Positions 47,096 to 57,450 are shown, counted from the stretch's first letter. The stretch: 64,000 nt of DNA from Candidatus Multivoradales bacterium (GCA_965248925.1 CBDFLE010000005.1:1600001-1664000); one strand, 5' to 3'. Made by a program: numbers and translations. The notes: generated by a model not told the origin, from the sequence alone.

Positions 47096-49291
47096 ATGGC
47101 CGCAGATCTCGAGCTTCACATCCGCAGGGACGGCGCAGGCGCGGGGACGTGCCTGCATTTCGAGTTGCACTCTCCGACCGGCCTCCTCGCCTACACCCGC
47201 CACTCGATCCGGGAATCAAAGGACCTCAAGATCCGGCCCGAGATCTATCGCTCCCGCATGCTCAAGGCCATCGAGAGCTTCGATCGTGGCCGACGCCCCG
47301 ATGGGTCGCCGCTGGCACCGGGCGGCGTCGAGCAGGAACTCGGCTCTTTGGGCAACGAGCTCTATCGATCCCTGTTTCCCAAAGAGCTGAAACAAGCCTA
47401 CTGGGAGTTCCACCAGCGGGTCAGCACCTTGCAAATCGTCTCGGATGAGCCGTGGATACCCTGGGAGCTGGTCAAGCCCTTCCGCGGCGAGCAGCAAGAC
47501 GACTTCCTGTGCTACCAATTCGAGCTCACCCGCTGGCTGGCCGGAGAGAGTGCTCCAGCGGCGAACCTCGGTGCCACCGAGTTCGGCGTCGCCCGGCTGG
47601 CCTCGATCGAGGCCGGCGCACCACCCCACGAAACCCCACTCCCCCATGCCGAGCAAGAAAGCCGGCTGCTCGTCGAACTCGCCGAGCGCCACTCGGGGGT
47701 CGAGGGAGCCGTGCTTGCCAACGCCGGCTACGAGGATGTCGAGCGCACCCTGCGCCTCGGCGGCCACGGGATCCTCCACTTCGTCGGCCACGGCTGGTTC
47801 GATCCCCACGAGCTCGACCTGGCCGGCTTCTTGCTGCGCGACGGGCGCACCTTCTCGCCGCGCGATCTGAACCCCGCCATCGAGGTCCGGCTGCGGCAGG
47901 ACCGTCCGCTGATCTTCTTCGGCAGCTGTCAGGCCGCCCAACAAGACTTTGCCTTGACCCGCCTGGGGGGCTGGGTGTCGCGCTGGCTCCTCGACTGTGG
48001 TTGCGGCGCCTTTGTGGGGCCGCAGTGGAGCGTCAGAGACGCCTCGTCGCTGCTCTTCGCCGAGGCTTTCTACGCCTGCCTGGAAGAAGGCGCCACCGTA
48101 GCTCAAGCCGCGCAACGGGCGAGGAAGAAAGTGCGCCAAGAGCAACCGGACTCGACCACCTGGGCCGCCTACAGCGTCTACGCCCACCCCCAAGCCAGAT
48201 TGCGCCTGGGATTGGGGCCCACTCCCCTGCGTCTTCCCGAACTCCGCTGGCGCCCCGAAGTGTCGCCGGCCGGGGCTCTGCTGCAGGCGGAGTACGGGGT
48301 GGTACCGTTCCACGGCAGGAACAAGGAAATGCAGGATCTCGCCGACTGGTGTGCCGGCGACCCGCCGGTCCAGGTGCGGCTCTACACCGGCGCTGGCGGC
48401 ATGGGCAAGACCCGGCTGGCTTTGGAGCTTTGTCGACAGATGCGGGAGGACAGCTGGCAGGTGGGACTCCTGGCCCCTGATCCGGCCCGCTCGCCGACCG
48501 ACATCTGGCGCGACCTCGAAGCTCGGGCGCGGCCAACTCTGATCGTGGTCGACTACGCCGAGTCGCGTCGCGACCTTCTGGTGCCTCTGATGCAGCAGCT
48601 GTATCTTCTCCAAGAGGGCAAGTACCGCGTCCTGCTGCTGGCCCGCGACGCCCTCGACTGGTGGCTGCGGTTACAGCGAGAGGGCGAAGGGGTCGGCGAC
48701 CTGCTCAGCGGACCGGCGACCCGCTGGTACATGCTCAGTGCCCTCGGCGAGTCGATCGAGCAGCGGCAAGACTCCTACCGTGAAGCAGCCGAGGCATTCT
48801 CACAACACCTCGGCAAACCGGCACCGGAGGAACCCCCGGACAATCTCGATGAGAGCTTCTACGAGCGTGTTCTGCTCCTCCACATGCGGGCTCTGGCAGA
48901 TGTCGAGAGAGCTCCGATGGAGGATCGCGACGACATCCTCGACTACATCTTGCGCCGAGAACGCCGATTCTGGGAGCGGCTCGCCAAGACTCGCAACCTC
49001 CCCGAGGCCCTGGCTGAAGGCATCGGGCTGGCGATGGCGGCAATCAACCTCGGCGGCGGCGCCAACCACGAAGACCACGCCGTTGCGGTGCTAGAGAATC
49101 TCCCTTTCTTCGCCGATCAGAAACGAAGCGTGCTGGTCCAGGTGGCACGGCTGCTGCACGACAGCTATCCCGGCGAAAAGTGGATCGTGCCCCTCCTGCC
49201 GGATCTCCTCGGCGAGCACCTGACCCGGCGAGCGCTCATGTCATCAGCCAAAGACGACATCATGGCCCTGGTCAAGAGGAAGAAGAAGTAA
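47096..49291 (+). CDS. CHAT protease fused to STAND-like P-loop NTPase
   Basis: IPWEL, HFVGHG and FGSC dyad; VPFHGR, GAGGMGKT, IVVDYAE, LLLAR, PDLLGEHL. Confidence 0.88.
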   Translation: MAADLELHIRRDGAGAGTCLHFELHSPTGLLAYTRHSIRESKDLKIRPEIYRSRMLKAIESFDRGRRPDGSPLAPGGVEQELGSLGNELYRSLFPKELKQAYWEFHQRVSTLQIVSDEPWIPWELVKPFRGEQQDDFLCYQFELTRWLAGESAPAANLGATEFGVARLASIEAGAPPHETPLPHAEQESRLLVELAERHSGVEGAVLANAGYEDVERTLRLGGHGILHFVGHGWFDPHELDLAGFLLRDGRTFSPRDLNPAIEVRLRQDRPLIFFGSCQAAQQDFALTRLGGWVSRWLLDCGCGAFVGPQWSVRDASSLLFAEAFYACLEEGATVAQAAQRARKKVRQEQPDSTTWAAYSVYAHPQARLRLGLGPTPLRLPELRWRPEVSPAGALLQAEYGVVPFHGRNKEMQDLADWCAGDPPVQVRLYTGAGGMGKTRLALELCRQMREDSWQVGLLAPDPARSPTDIWRDLEARARPTLIVVDYAESRRDLLVPLMQQLYLLQEGKYRVLLLARDALDWWLRLQREGEGVGDLLSGPATRWYMLSALGESIEQRQDSYREAAEAFSQHLGKPAPEEPPDNLDESFYERVLLLHMRALADVERAPMEDRDDILDYILRRERRFWERLAKTRNLPEALAEGIGLAMAAINLGGGANHEDHAVAVLENLPFFADQKRSVLVQVARLLHDSYPGEKWIVPLLPDLLGEHLTRRALMSSAKDDIMALVKRKKK

Positions 49292-49347
49292 ACCCCGGGG
49301 CCACGAGCGCCCTCAGACCAAAGTTGAAGCGACCTGAGACCAGCCTC

Positions 49348-50777
49348 ATGCCTCTTTTCGACAATCCGCACCACACCCTCACCCACCTGACCCACATCGC
49401 CCAGAGCCTGGAACCCCAAAAGGGTTGCGAGTGGCTGCAGGCGTTCATCGCTGAGGATCTGGAAGGACTGGCTCTCTTGGTACTTGATGTAGCGGTGGAG
49501 ACAGGAGATACCATTGCAGAAGTTCTCGCCCAGTGTCTCGACGACTCCGTACCTGTCGAGCTGCTTCAAAGTCTCCTGGATCGCTGCGAGGAAGATCAAA
49601 ACCGCGAGTCCCAAGCTCTTGCCGAGCTGGGACTCCTGGTGACGCGGAAATACTTTGCGATATTGCAAACAAGATGGTCCAACCCAAGCGAAGAGCAAAA
49701 CATCGAGGCGGCCCACCTACTCAACCGACTAGGCAGCCGTTTGCACGCGTCGGGTCGAAGGCAGGAAGCTCTGGAATTAACTGAGCAAGCTGTTTCCCTG
49801 CGACGTCAGCTCGCTTCGGACCGCCCGAATTTCTTACCTGATCTCGCCGCCAGTATCGGCAACCTAGCTCACAGTCTCAGAAGCCTCGGAAGGCAAGATG
49901 AAGCACTACAAGCAGCCGGAGAGGCACTCGAATACCACCGGCAGCTGGCCGATTTCCAAACCCAAGACTTCTTGGCTGATCTTGCCGCGACGCTGGATAA
50001 CACGGGTCACATCCTGAGCGACCTCGGGCGCCTTGAAGAGGCCCTGAGCGCAAATGAAGAAGCAGTAAAATACTACCGCCAGCTCGCTACTTGGCGCAAC
50101 TTGGAGACAATCGCAAACTTGGCTGGCGCTTTAGTCAGCTTGGGCAATCGCCTCGGTGAACTCGGTCGGCCAAAAGAGGGCCTGAAGGTTCTCCACGAAG
50201 CCAACAAAATTTACAGCAGGCTGGCAGAGGGACGGCCAGACACCTATCTCCAGCACCTCGCCAGAAGCCACCACAACCTCGGCAACATGCACCGTGATAT
50301 CGGCAATCCTGACAAAGCCCTGGGGTACATCGAACAAACTCTCGTGATCCGAGAGCGACTGGCGACAGCCCGAGCAGAAGCTTTTCTCCCCGAGGCAGCA
50401 AATACACTGAACAATAGGGGCAATCTTCTCAGCGAACTCGGAAGATGGGAAGAAGCTCGTGACGACTTGAGACAGGCGGTCGGAATCTATGAGCGACTTC
50501 ATAGGTCTCTGCCCACAGCCTTCCAACCCGACCTAGCGACACTTCTGAACAACCTCGGGGAAGTTTTGCGCCACCTCGGTCGCCACCGCGAAGCTTGCGA
50601 AGTCACAGAGGATGCTATCCGCCATCACCGATCCCTGGCCGAGGTCCGTCCGAAGGCCTTCCTGCCCGACCTAGCCATGGGTATCAACAACCTCGGGAAT
50701 CACCTCGAAAACTTGGGGCGCTATCAAGAGGCTCTCGCCGCAACCCACGAGGCTGTTGCAATCCGCCGCCAGCTCGC
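49348..50777 (+). pseudogene. TPR-repeat protein truncated by IS21
   Basis: Repeats PDLA..LNNLG..L..LGR.EEA; reading frame runs into the IS21 end at 50778. Confidence 0.85.
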
Positions 50778-51128
50778 TGCCTATTCCGACGAAACTGACC
50801 AGCCATTCCGATCGAAACCGACCACTTGTCGGAGCGAAGCGACGCTGGCGCTCTCCTCAGTTGTAAGTGTCCACTTTCGCTGTAGCTGGAGCCCTCCTTC
50901 CGGCTCTTCTTCTTGATTGTATTCAAATAACCCGTCGTCGGGGCTGTGCGTAGCTGTGGGAAACGCAGGTTGGGGGGCAGGGGGGCGTTTTCCAAGCGGT
51001 TGTGGGAATCGCAGAGCGATTTCCACAACCGCGGCAGCTTCCACAGTCCATCTTGGGTCGGGTCCGGATCGGGCCGCAGGCCCGCTGATGGGTCAGGATC
51101 GGCGATCGCTTCAGCATGCTCTTGGATC

Positions 51129-51893
51129 TCACCTTGCCTCTCGCTGGGCGGCCTTGCGAATACCGCCGGCTCTCTTCGCCCGCATGGAGTCACCGTCCAC
51201 CGCGAGCTTGTAGGCGCCGTGGACAATGCGATCGAGGATGGCGTCGGCCAAGGTCGGATCGCCGATGACCTCGTACCAGCTCTCAACCGGTAGCTGGGAG
51301 GTCACCAGCGTGGAGCGGTTGCCGTAGCGGTCCTCAAGAATCTCGAGCAGGTCGCGCCGCTCGCTGGCCCCGATCGGCGCCAGCCCCCAGTCGTCGAGGA
51401 TGAGCAGGTCTGTGCGAGCATAGCTCTTGAGCAGCTTCTCGTAGCTACCATCACCCCGCGCGATGGCGAGCTGGCGAAACAGCCTCGGCACCCGCAGGTA
51501 CAAAGCGGTGTAACCCTCCCGACATGCCTTGTGCGCGAAGGCGCAGGCGAGAAAGGTCTTGCCCACCCCGGCCTTGCCGGTGATCAGCACGTTGAGATGC
51601 TCGGCGATCCACTGGCACGAGGCCAGGCGCAGGATCTGGCCTTTGTCCAGGCCCCTCTTGGCTCGCCAGTCGATGTCTTCGATGGCCGCCTGCTCGCGCA
51701 GCTTGGCTTTTCGCAACCGCGCTATCAAGCGGCGGCTGGATCGCTCGGTCGCTTCGCGCTCGACCAGCAGCCCGAGGCGCTCTTCGAAGGAGAGCTCTGA
51801 GACATCGACCATCGACAGCTGCTCCTCAAAGGCTTTGGCCATACCGTGGAGCTTGAGCGCGGCGAGTTGATCGAGCGTCGCGTGCCTCAGCAT
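51129..51893 (-). CDS. istB: IS21 helper AAA+ ATPase
   Basis: GKAGVGKT, LLILDDWG, TSQLP, ADAILDR. Confidence 0.95.
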   Translation of the reverse strand: MLRHATLDQLAALKLHGMAKAFEEQLSMVDVSELSFEERLGLLVEREATERSSRRLIARLRKAKLREQAAIEDIDWRAKRGLDKGQILRLASCQWIAEHLNVLITGKAGVGKTFLACAFAHKACREGYTALYLRVPRLFRQLAIARGDGSYEKLLKSYARTDLLILDDWGLAPIGASERRDLLEILEDRYGNRSTLVTSQLPVESWYEVIGDPTLADAILDRIVHGAYKLAVDGDSMRAKRAGGIRKAAQREAR

Positions 51894-53461
51894 GGCGGCG
51901 TCTCCTCGCGGCGCGCGGCACTGTAGTAGCTGGCGCCGCGGACGTTGTGGTGCTCGATCGGCGCCGTCACTTCGGTGGGCTCGGGCGCTGCTTGCTGGTC
52001 CAGGCCGCTCTTCAGGATCGACTTCACGCTCTTGTAGGACAGGCCGTGAATGGCGAGCGCGCGGCGGCACGCAGCCTCCAAACGATTGGCACCATAGGTC
52101 TTGCCCAGGCGCATCAGCCCCAGACACGAGCGAAAGCCGTGCTGAGGATGGGAGCGGTTAAGCATGATGGTCTCCACCAGTTCGGCCGTCGCCTGGCCTG
52201 TTTTCGCCGCCCAGCTGATCAGCCGTGTCGGTGTCCACTCCAGGTACGCCTGGTGCGCTTTGGGCATGTGCTCGCTCTGGGTCGTGTGCCGACCCCGACA
52301 CCGATTGCGACGATGAGCAGCCACACGCTTGCCGCGATCGAGCACCTCCACCAGTTGCGCCGTCGCCCGCAGATCGAGCTGCTTCTTGATCAGCTGGTAC
52401 GGCACACTGTAATAGTGGCCCTCGAACTCGACGTGGTAGTCCGGGGCAACGCGTACCTTCTTCCATTCGGCAAGCTCGTAGGGCTGGAGCGGCAAAGCAC
52501 CCAGAGCAGGACGATCGACCTGCTCGAACAGCGCTCGGCGCGAGACGCCCAACACCTTCAGCGGACGGTCGTTAAGCTCGACCAGAAGCTTCGCGATGCT
52601 CTCGTTGAGCTCTCGCAGGCTGAAGAACTGCTGGTTACGCAGCCGGGCCAGAATCCAGCGCTCCACTTGCAATACACCATTTTCGACCTTCGCCTTGTCT
52701 TGGGGCTTCCTCACCCGCGCCGGCACCACCGCCACGCCGTAGTGCTCGGCCAACTCCGCGTAGGTGCGATTGATCTCCGGCTCGTAGCGGCACGGGCTGG
52801 TCACGCCGCTCTTCAGATTGTCCGGCACCACCAGCTCGCTCACCCCGCCCAGAGCCGCGAAGGTCCGCACATGAGAGCCGATCCAGTCCTCCAGGCCCTG
52901 GCTCCACGTTGCTTCGGCATAGGTGTAGTTGCTCGCCCCCAGCACCGCCACGAAGATCTGCGCTTCGCGCGCTTTGCCAGTCGCCGGGTCGATCACCCTC
53001 ACGGTCTGTCCGGCGTAGTCGACGAACAGCTTCTCGCCCGCCCGGTAGGCTTGGCGCAGGCACACATCCAGGCGCCCTTCCCAGATCCGGTACAGCTGAC
53101 AGAAGCGGCTGAGACCGTAGCCGTCGGGATGGTCCTCCCGGTACTCTTGCCACAGCAGCGACAGGGTTACGCCCTTCTTCTTCAGCTCGCCATGCACCTT
53201 GGTCCAGTCGGGCAAGGCTCGCTGACCACCCCTCCGAAGCGGCTGCGGCCGAGGGTACAGGCGTTGCTCCAGCTCAGCGTCGCTCAAAGCTGCTACTTGC
53301 TCCCAGCTCAGGCCTTCAACCTTGGCTCGCAGCAGGTAGTTGCACACCGTCACGTGGCCCAGCCGAACCGACCGTCCGATCTGGCGGTGCGACAGGCCAT
53401 GCTGCCATTTCAGTCTCAGTACCTCGCGTATCTTGCGCATCGATGTCCTCACTCTCGGCAT
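51887..53461 (-). CDS. istA: IS21 DDE transposase
   Basis: N-terminal HTH; FVDYAG, VPDNLKS, KAKVE. Confidence 0.95.
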   Translation of the reverse strand: MPRVRTSMRKIREVLRLKWQHGLSHRQIGRSVRLGHVTVCNYLLRAKVEGLSWEQVAALSDAELEQRLYPRPQPLRRGGQRALPDWTKVHGELKKKGVTLSLLWQEYREDHPDGYGLSRFCQLYRIWEGRLDVCLRQAYRAGEKLFVDYAGQTVRVIDPATGKAREAQIFVAVLGASNYTYAEATWSQGLEDWIGSHVRTFAALGGVSELVVPDNLKSGVTSPCRYEPEINRTYAELAEHYGVAVVPARVRKPQDKAKVENGVLQVERWILARLRNQQFFSLRELNESIAKLLVELNDRPLKVLGVSRRALFEQVDRPALGALPLQPYELAEWKKVRVAPDYHVEFEGHYYSVPYQLIKKQLDLRATAQLVEVLDRGKRVAAHRRNRCRGRHTTQSEHMPKAHQAYLEWTPTRLISWAAKTGQATAELVETIMLNRSHPQHGFRSCLGLMRLGKTYGANRLEAACRRALAIHGLSYKSVKSILKSGLDQQAAPEPTEVTAPIEHHNVRGASYYSAARREETPPC

Positions 53462-53675
53462 CCAATCCTCCTTTCAAGGAGGCTGGAATACCCCAATTGT
53501 GAGGAGCGCGCTACCGTCGAACTCCGCCGTGGCCAGGATTCCGATCCAATCTGACCACCCATTCCGATCGACCCGGAAAAGTGGTCACTTTCGATCGGAA
53601 TCGATGGTCATATTCCGTTGGAATCACTGGTCACTTTCAATCGGAATCGGTGGTCGGTTTCCGTCGGTGCAGGCA

Positions 53676-54100
53676 CTTTCTTGTCACGACCCGCCAACGT
53701 CGCCTAGGAGGGGCTCAGTTTGAGCACATCGCTGTGGGATTCCTCGACGCGCAGTTCGCTGGCGAGCTGCTCGAGGCCGTTTCGGGCCGCCAGCTCAGGG
53801 ACGCACCTGGCTTCGCTGATCTGATTGAGCACCTCGGAGGCCATGCCCTAGCCGTCGAGCTGGCGGGCGCTTTCCTTGGGGCGTATACCGGCGAGACTCC
53901 GGCGGGCTATCACTCAGAGCTACAGGCCGGTGGCGGGATCGAGGCCGAGGCCAGCGAGTTCGTCCGTTACAACCGAACGGTCTCGCAAGCGTTCACGACA
54001 CTTTGGAGTCGCCTCGACGAGGCAACCCGCGCCGCTTGGCGCTTGGCGTCCTGGTTCGAGGCCGAACCGGTCACGGCCGAGCTTTCGGATACCGTCGGTT
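53676..54100 (+). pseudogene. NB-ARC (STAND) NTPase internal fragment
   Basis: LVTTR (RNBS-B-like) and LGGHALAVELAG (GLPL-like); both ends lost. Confidence 0.75.
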
Positions 54101-54154
54101 TGACCAGGCCCGAAACTAGCGTAGCGACCACCAGGGGCCACTTCGAGACCCAGC

Positions 54155-54255
54155 TCAGCCTGCCAGCGGCAAGCGTTCCTCCAGATCAAGCTCGAACTTC
54201 CCATAGGGATTGACGTGAGCGAAGAGCAGTGGTGTCAGGCCCCGGAGATCGTCTT
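54155..54255 (-). pseudogene. C-terminal fragment of an older Tn3-family transposase
   Basis: DLRGLTPLLFAHVNPYGKFELDL abuts the IR at 54256. Confidence 0.8.
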
Positions 54256-54302
54256 GGGGTACCCGTAGTAAATAGACAAAAAGCGTCGTTTTCGATTCAC
54301 CC

Positions 54303-57266
54303 CTACTCAACCTGGAGCGGTCGAAGCTCTCCTGAGGGAGGTGCGACGAGGTTGGAGAAGTCGTACCGGCCATATAGATTGATGTGCTCATAGATCGTAG
54401 GCGACAGCCGCTGGATGACCGCCTCCCTAGGCACGACCTTTCCGAGTCCTTCTAGATGCTCGAGAGCTGCACCAAGATAGATGGTGTTCCAGCAAATGAT
54501 GGCGTTGGTGACCAAGGTGAGGCACTGCGCCTGGAGATATTGGTCATCGGGTCGCCGACGATTCAGCCGGCCGAGGTTGGCGAAAAACAGCTGCCTGCGG
54601 AGCGCGTGGATTGACTCGCCTTTGTTCAACTGATCCAGAACCTGTCGCCGATGCACTGGGCTGTGTAGATAGCGGAGACTGGAAATGGTCTTGATGATCC
54701 GTCCGTACTCCTGGAGGCCTTGGGTAAGTGCGTTTTGGCGAGCCGAAGCCTGGAGCCTGGAGATCAACAGTGATGCTGGTGTATGCCCAGATCGGATTGT
54801 GGCGGCGACCCGGAGGAGGTCATCCCAGCGATCTAGGAATCGATCGGCCCTGATCCGGTGCCGAAGAAGGCTACTTGCGGGGCCCTCTGTCGGGGTTGTA
54901 GCGAGCCTCCAAAGTCGCTGACCGGCGAGCCCACGGATTCGAGGGGAGAAACGAAGGCCGGTGAGATCGAAGAGCCCAAACACCAAGTCTGTATAGCCCG
55001 CCGTATCGGTTGTGTGCTCCTCGATATCAAGGTCTGTTTCGTTGTCGAAGATGGCGTCAAGGACGAAGGTAGCCTCGCGCACCGTGGTGGGAATGACCCG
55101 GGCCCCGTACTGAGAATGCTGGTCTGAGGTCCAGGTATAGATGGTGGCGCCTTTGCCCGTGTAGTACCGCCGCAAGGCGCGAGCAGTGGGATTTCGGACA
55201 GTGAACGGGAAGCGCTGGCCGTCGGACGACGACAAAGTCCCACCACCCCAGACTTCGGCAAGCGGGTGGTTGTGCTGATAATTAACGAGGGCGGTGTTGG
55301 CAGCCGAGAGGGATTCATCTCGGACATACCAACTCTGGCACCAGGAGAGCTGGTCCGGGCTGAAGCCAGCGCAGCGGGCCATCCTGGCGACGCCGATATT
55401 GCAGCCATTGGCGACGAGCACTGCCAGGAGTTTCGAGATGTGGTCCTGTGTCCGCTCTGTGGCATGGCCAACATGGGTAAACGAGTCGAGGAAACCGCAC
55501 CAAGAGTTGACCTCGACGAGAATATCGACAAGATCGATATCAGGGATCAAGGCCACGATCTTGTCGCGAGCATGGGCGAGGGCAGGGTCGCGGTCAGCGA
55601 CGAGCGGCGAGATCACCAGCCGGTCGTTCTCGATCCGGACACCTCTCGCATCTTGGAGCGTCGCATCGAGCTTCTCGAGATTGGCGGTGAGCTGTCGGTC
55701 CAGGTCAGCCAGTTGCTGCCGACCGTCTAAAGCAATCCCTGTCTCAGCTTCGGCTCGGGGCCGGAGGTCCATCCAAGTGTCGTCGGGGAGGAGATAGTTC
55801 TTCGGGTCCTGGTGCCGGCGACTGTGCCCAACCCATAGGTTCGCTCCGCGCAGCGCCCCTCTCGTCTGAAACAAGGTACAGAGTTCCCAGGTCTTGCGGT
55901 CGATGCCGCCGTCAGAGTCCGTGAGGCAGCGTTTCCATCTGGCTGGGCTGAAATCGACCGGGGCGTCGGGCGGAACCAGCCTCGCCCCGCGCTCGTTGAG
56001 TTCTTTGAGGAGCCGGATCGCGTCGACAAGCGAATCGTCGGGGTCGGCGGCGCGGAAGTCGAATGTTGCAAGCACCTGCGGTGCGTACTTCCTCACCTGG
56101 CTATAGCGAGTGCGGAGCAAGTCTATGTAGTTGTCGTCTGCTGGCCGAGCCACCCTTTCCGCGTGCTCGATCGCTTCAGTCAAGGGCACTGGTCCCATGA
56201 CTTCGAAAATGTGGGCTCTGAGATCAGCGTCCGGAATATTGGCGTCCAGGATGAGACGTCCGACTCGGCCGAACAACCGGACTGCTTTGTTGGCCTCCTT
56301 GGCAGTCGAGCGTTTGATCTGATCCCGTTGAGAGCGAGCCCGGCGATCGACCGAGCCAAGCGCAGTATCGAACAGCTCGAGAATCTCGTCGGTCAGTGAG
56401 TAGATCGTCTCAACAGCGGTCGCGATCAGGATTTGATACCGGTGCTCTGGTTCGGTGCGGCGTAACGCCTGGGGCGTCATCCGCCCCCCGAGCCGCGCCA
56501 GGTACCGGACCCGATTGGGGCTCAACTCTCGTACGATCGACGGCTCGACACCGAGGGTCCAAAGCCGGTCTAGCTTGGTGAGCTGCGTGCGGATCATCAA
56601 AGCCATGGCGGCGGTCGCTTGCTGGCGGAGCCAAACCAGCGGGGTCATCTCAAGAGAGGGGTCGACCGCAAGAAGCCCATCCAGCCGATTCTGCAAGGCA
56701 TGATCGACGTGAGGTTCGAGCCTCCTCCAGGTGGCGTCAACAGCTCGCTTGCGCGCATGAGTAACAAGCCTCTCAAGAACAGTCACTCCAGGCCGAACCA
56801 GCTGTCTTGCTTTCAGGTGATCGCTAGCCATTCGGAACAAGGTGACCGGCCGGTCATGCTCCAAGGCGCGGTCTACCAACCACCGTTCTAGTGCCTCGAT
56901 GTCAGAGGGCTTGCAGCGGCAGAATCCAAGATGGATCTCGACGGCCAGTGCGTGCCTACTGAAGGTTCGCCGCCGCCCCGGATACGCTTTGAGGTCATCT
57001 GGGGTAGCGCCCACCTGGTCAGCCACGAAGCGGACCACCTCAGAGGGGGCCGAACTCAGGTCGGCAGGCACGAAGCCCAGGAGGCGAATGGCTCCGATCT
57101 GGAGCCCGGCAGCAATCCGACCGCCACCACGGTAGCGTCGAGAGATGATCGCCTGGTCATCGTCTTCGTTTAGGAAGAAACATGCCGCCAGGTCGTCGGG
57201 GTCTACTGAGGGTGGGAAGCGACCCAGAGATTTTCGGTCGGCCTTCGATAAGAACTGACCTGGCAT
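54303..57266 (-). CDS. tnpA: Tn3 transposase
   Basis: 987 aa; SSSDGQRF, TDTAG, LNKGE, HINLYG. Confidence 0.95.
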   Translation of the reverse strand: MPGQFLSKADRKSLGRFPPSVDPDDLAACFFLNEDDDQAIISRRYRGGGRIAAGLQIGAIRLLGFVPADLSSAPSEVVRFVADQVGATPDDLKAYPGRRRTFSRHALAVEIHLGFCRCKPSDIEALERWLVDRALEHDRPVTLFRMASDHLKARQLVRPGVTVLERLVTHARKRAVDATWRRLEPHVDHALQNRLDGLLAVDPSLEMTPLVWLRQQATAAMALMIRTQLTKLDRLWTLGVEPSIVRELSPNRVRYLARLGGRMTPQALRRTEPEHRYQILIATAVETIYSLTDEILELFDTALGSVDRRARSQRDQIKRSTAKEANKAVRLFGRVGRLILDANIPDADLRAHIFEVMGPVPLTEAIEHAERVARPADDNYIDLLRTRYSQVRKYAPQVLATFDFRAADPDDSLVDAIRLLKELNERGARLVPPDAPVDFSPARWKRCLTDSDGGIDRKTWELCTLFQTRGALRGANLWVGHSRRHQDPKNYLLPDDTWMDLRPRAEAETGIALDGRQQLADLDRQLTANLEKLDATLQDARGVRIENDRLVISPLVADRDPALAHARDKIVALIPDIDLVDILVEVNSWCGFLDSFTHVGHATERTQDHISKLLAVLVANGCNIGVARMARCAGFSPDQLSWCQSWYVRDESLSAANTALVNYQHNHPLAEVWGGGTLSSSDGQRFPFTVRNPTARALRRYYTGKGATIYTWTSDQHSQYGARVIPTTVREATFVLDAIFDNETDLDIEEHTTDTAGYTDLVFGLFDLTGLRFSPRIRGLAGQRLWRLATTPTEGPASSLLRHRIRADRFLDRWDDLLRVAATIRSGHTPASLLISRLQASARQNALTQGLQEYGRIIKTISSLRYLHSPVHRRQVLDQLNKGESIHALRRQLFFANLGRLNRRRPDDQYLQAQCLTLVTNAIICWNTIYLGAALEHLEGLGKVVPREAVIQRLSPTIYEHINLYGRYDFSNLVAPPSGELRPLQVE

Positions 57267-57269
57267 CGT

Positions 57270-57450
57270 ACCCTCCCTTCGATTGCCCACGAGACGTCGA
57301 TGGCCTCTGAGTTGCAAGGCTCAGGGTCTCTTTTCAGGGATATGGGCAGGTTTTAGAAGCTTAGGTTAGGATACCGGTTATGAGACTAGATTCAAGGCTC
57401 GCAAGAGGCGTTTACGAGGTGTCTCTAAAACGAACGTTTCGGAGACACCC
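57270..57450. promoter_or_regulatory. Probable res site and divergent promoters
   Basis: AT-richer interval between divergent tnpA and tnpR with imperfect palindromes. Confidence 0.55.

Larger units (their letters stand above)
50778..53675 (-). mobile_element. IS21-family insertion sequence (2898 bp)
   Basis: TG..CA ends: TGCCTATTCCGACGAAACTGACCA and TGCCTGCACCGACGGAAACCGACCA; multiple subterminal repeats; istA-istB; no target duplication. Confidence 0.93.

Noticed and set aside
49260-49350. Programmed -1 frameshift joining CHAT-NTPase and TPR
   Set aside because: No canonical slippery heptamer or clear stimulatory hairpin seen
53540-53675. CRISPR-like or iteron repeats
   Set aside because: These are the multiple subterminal transposase-binding repeats expected at IS21 ends
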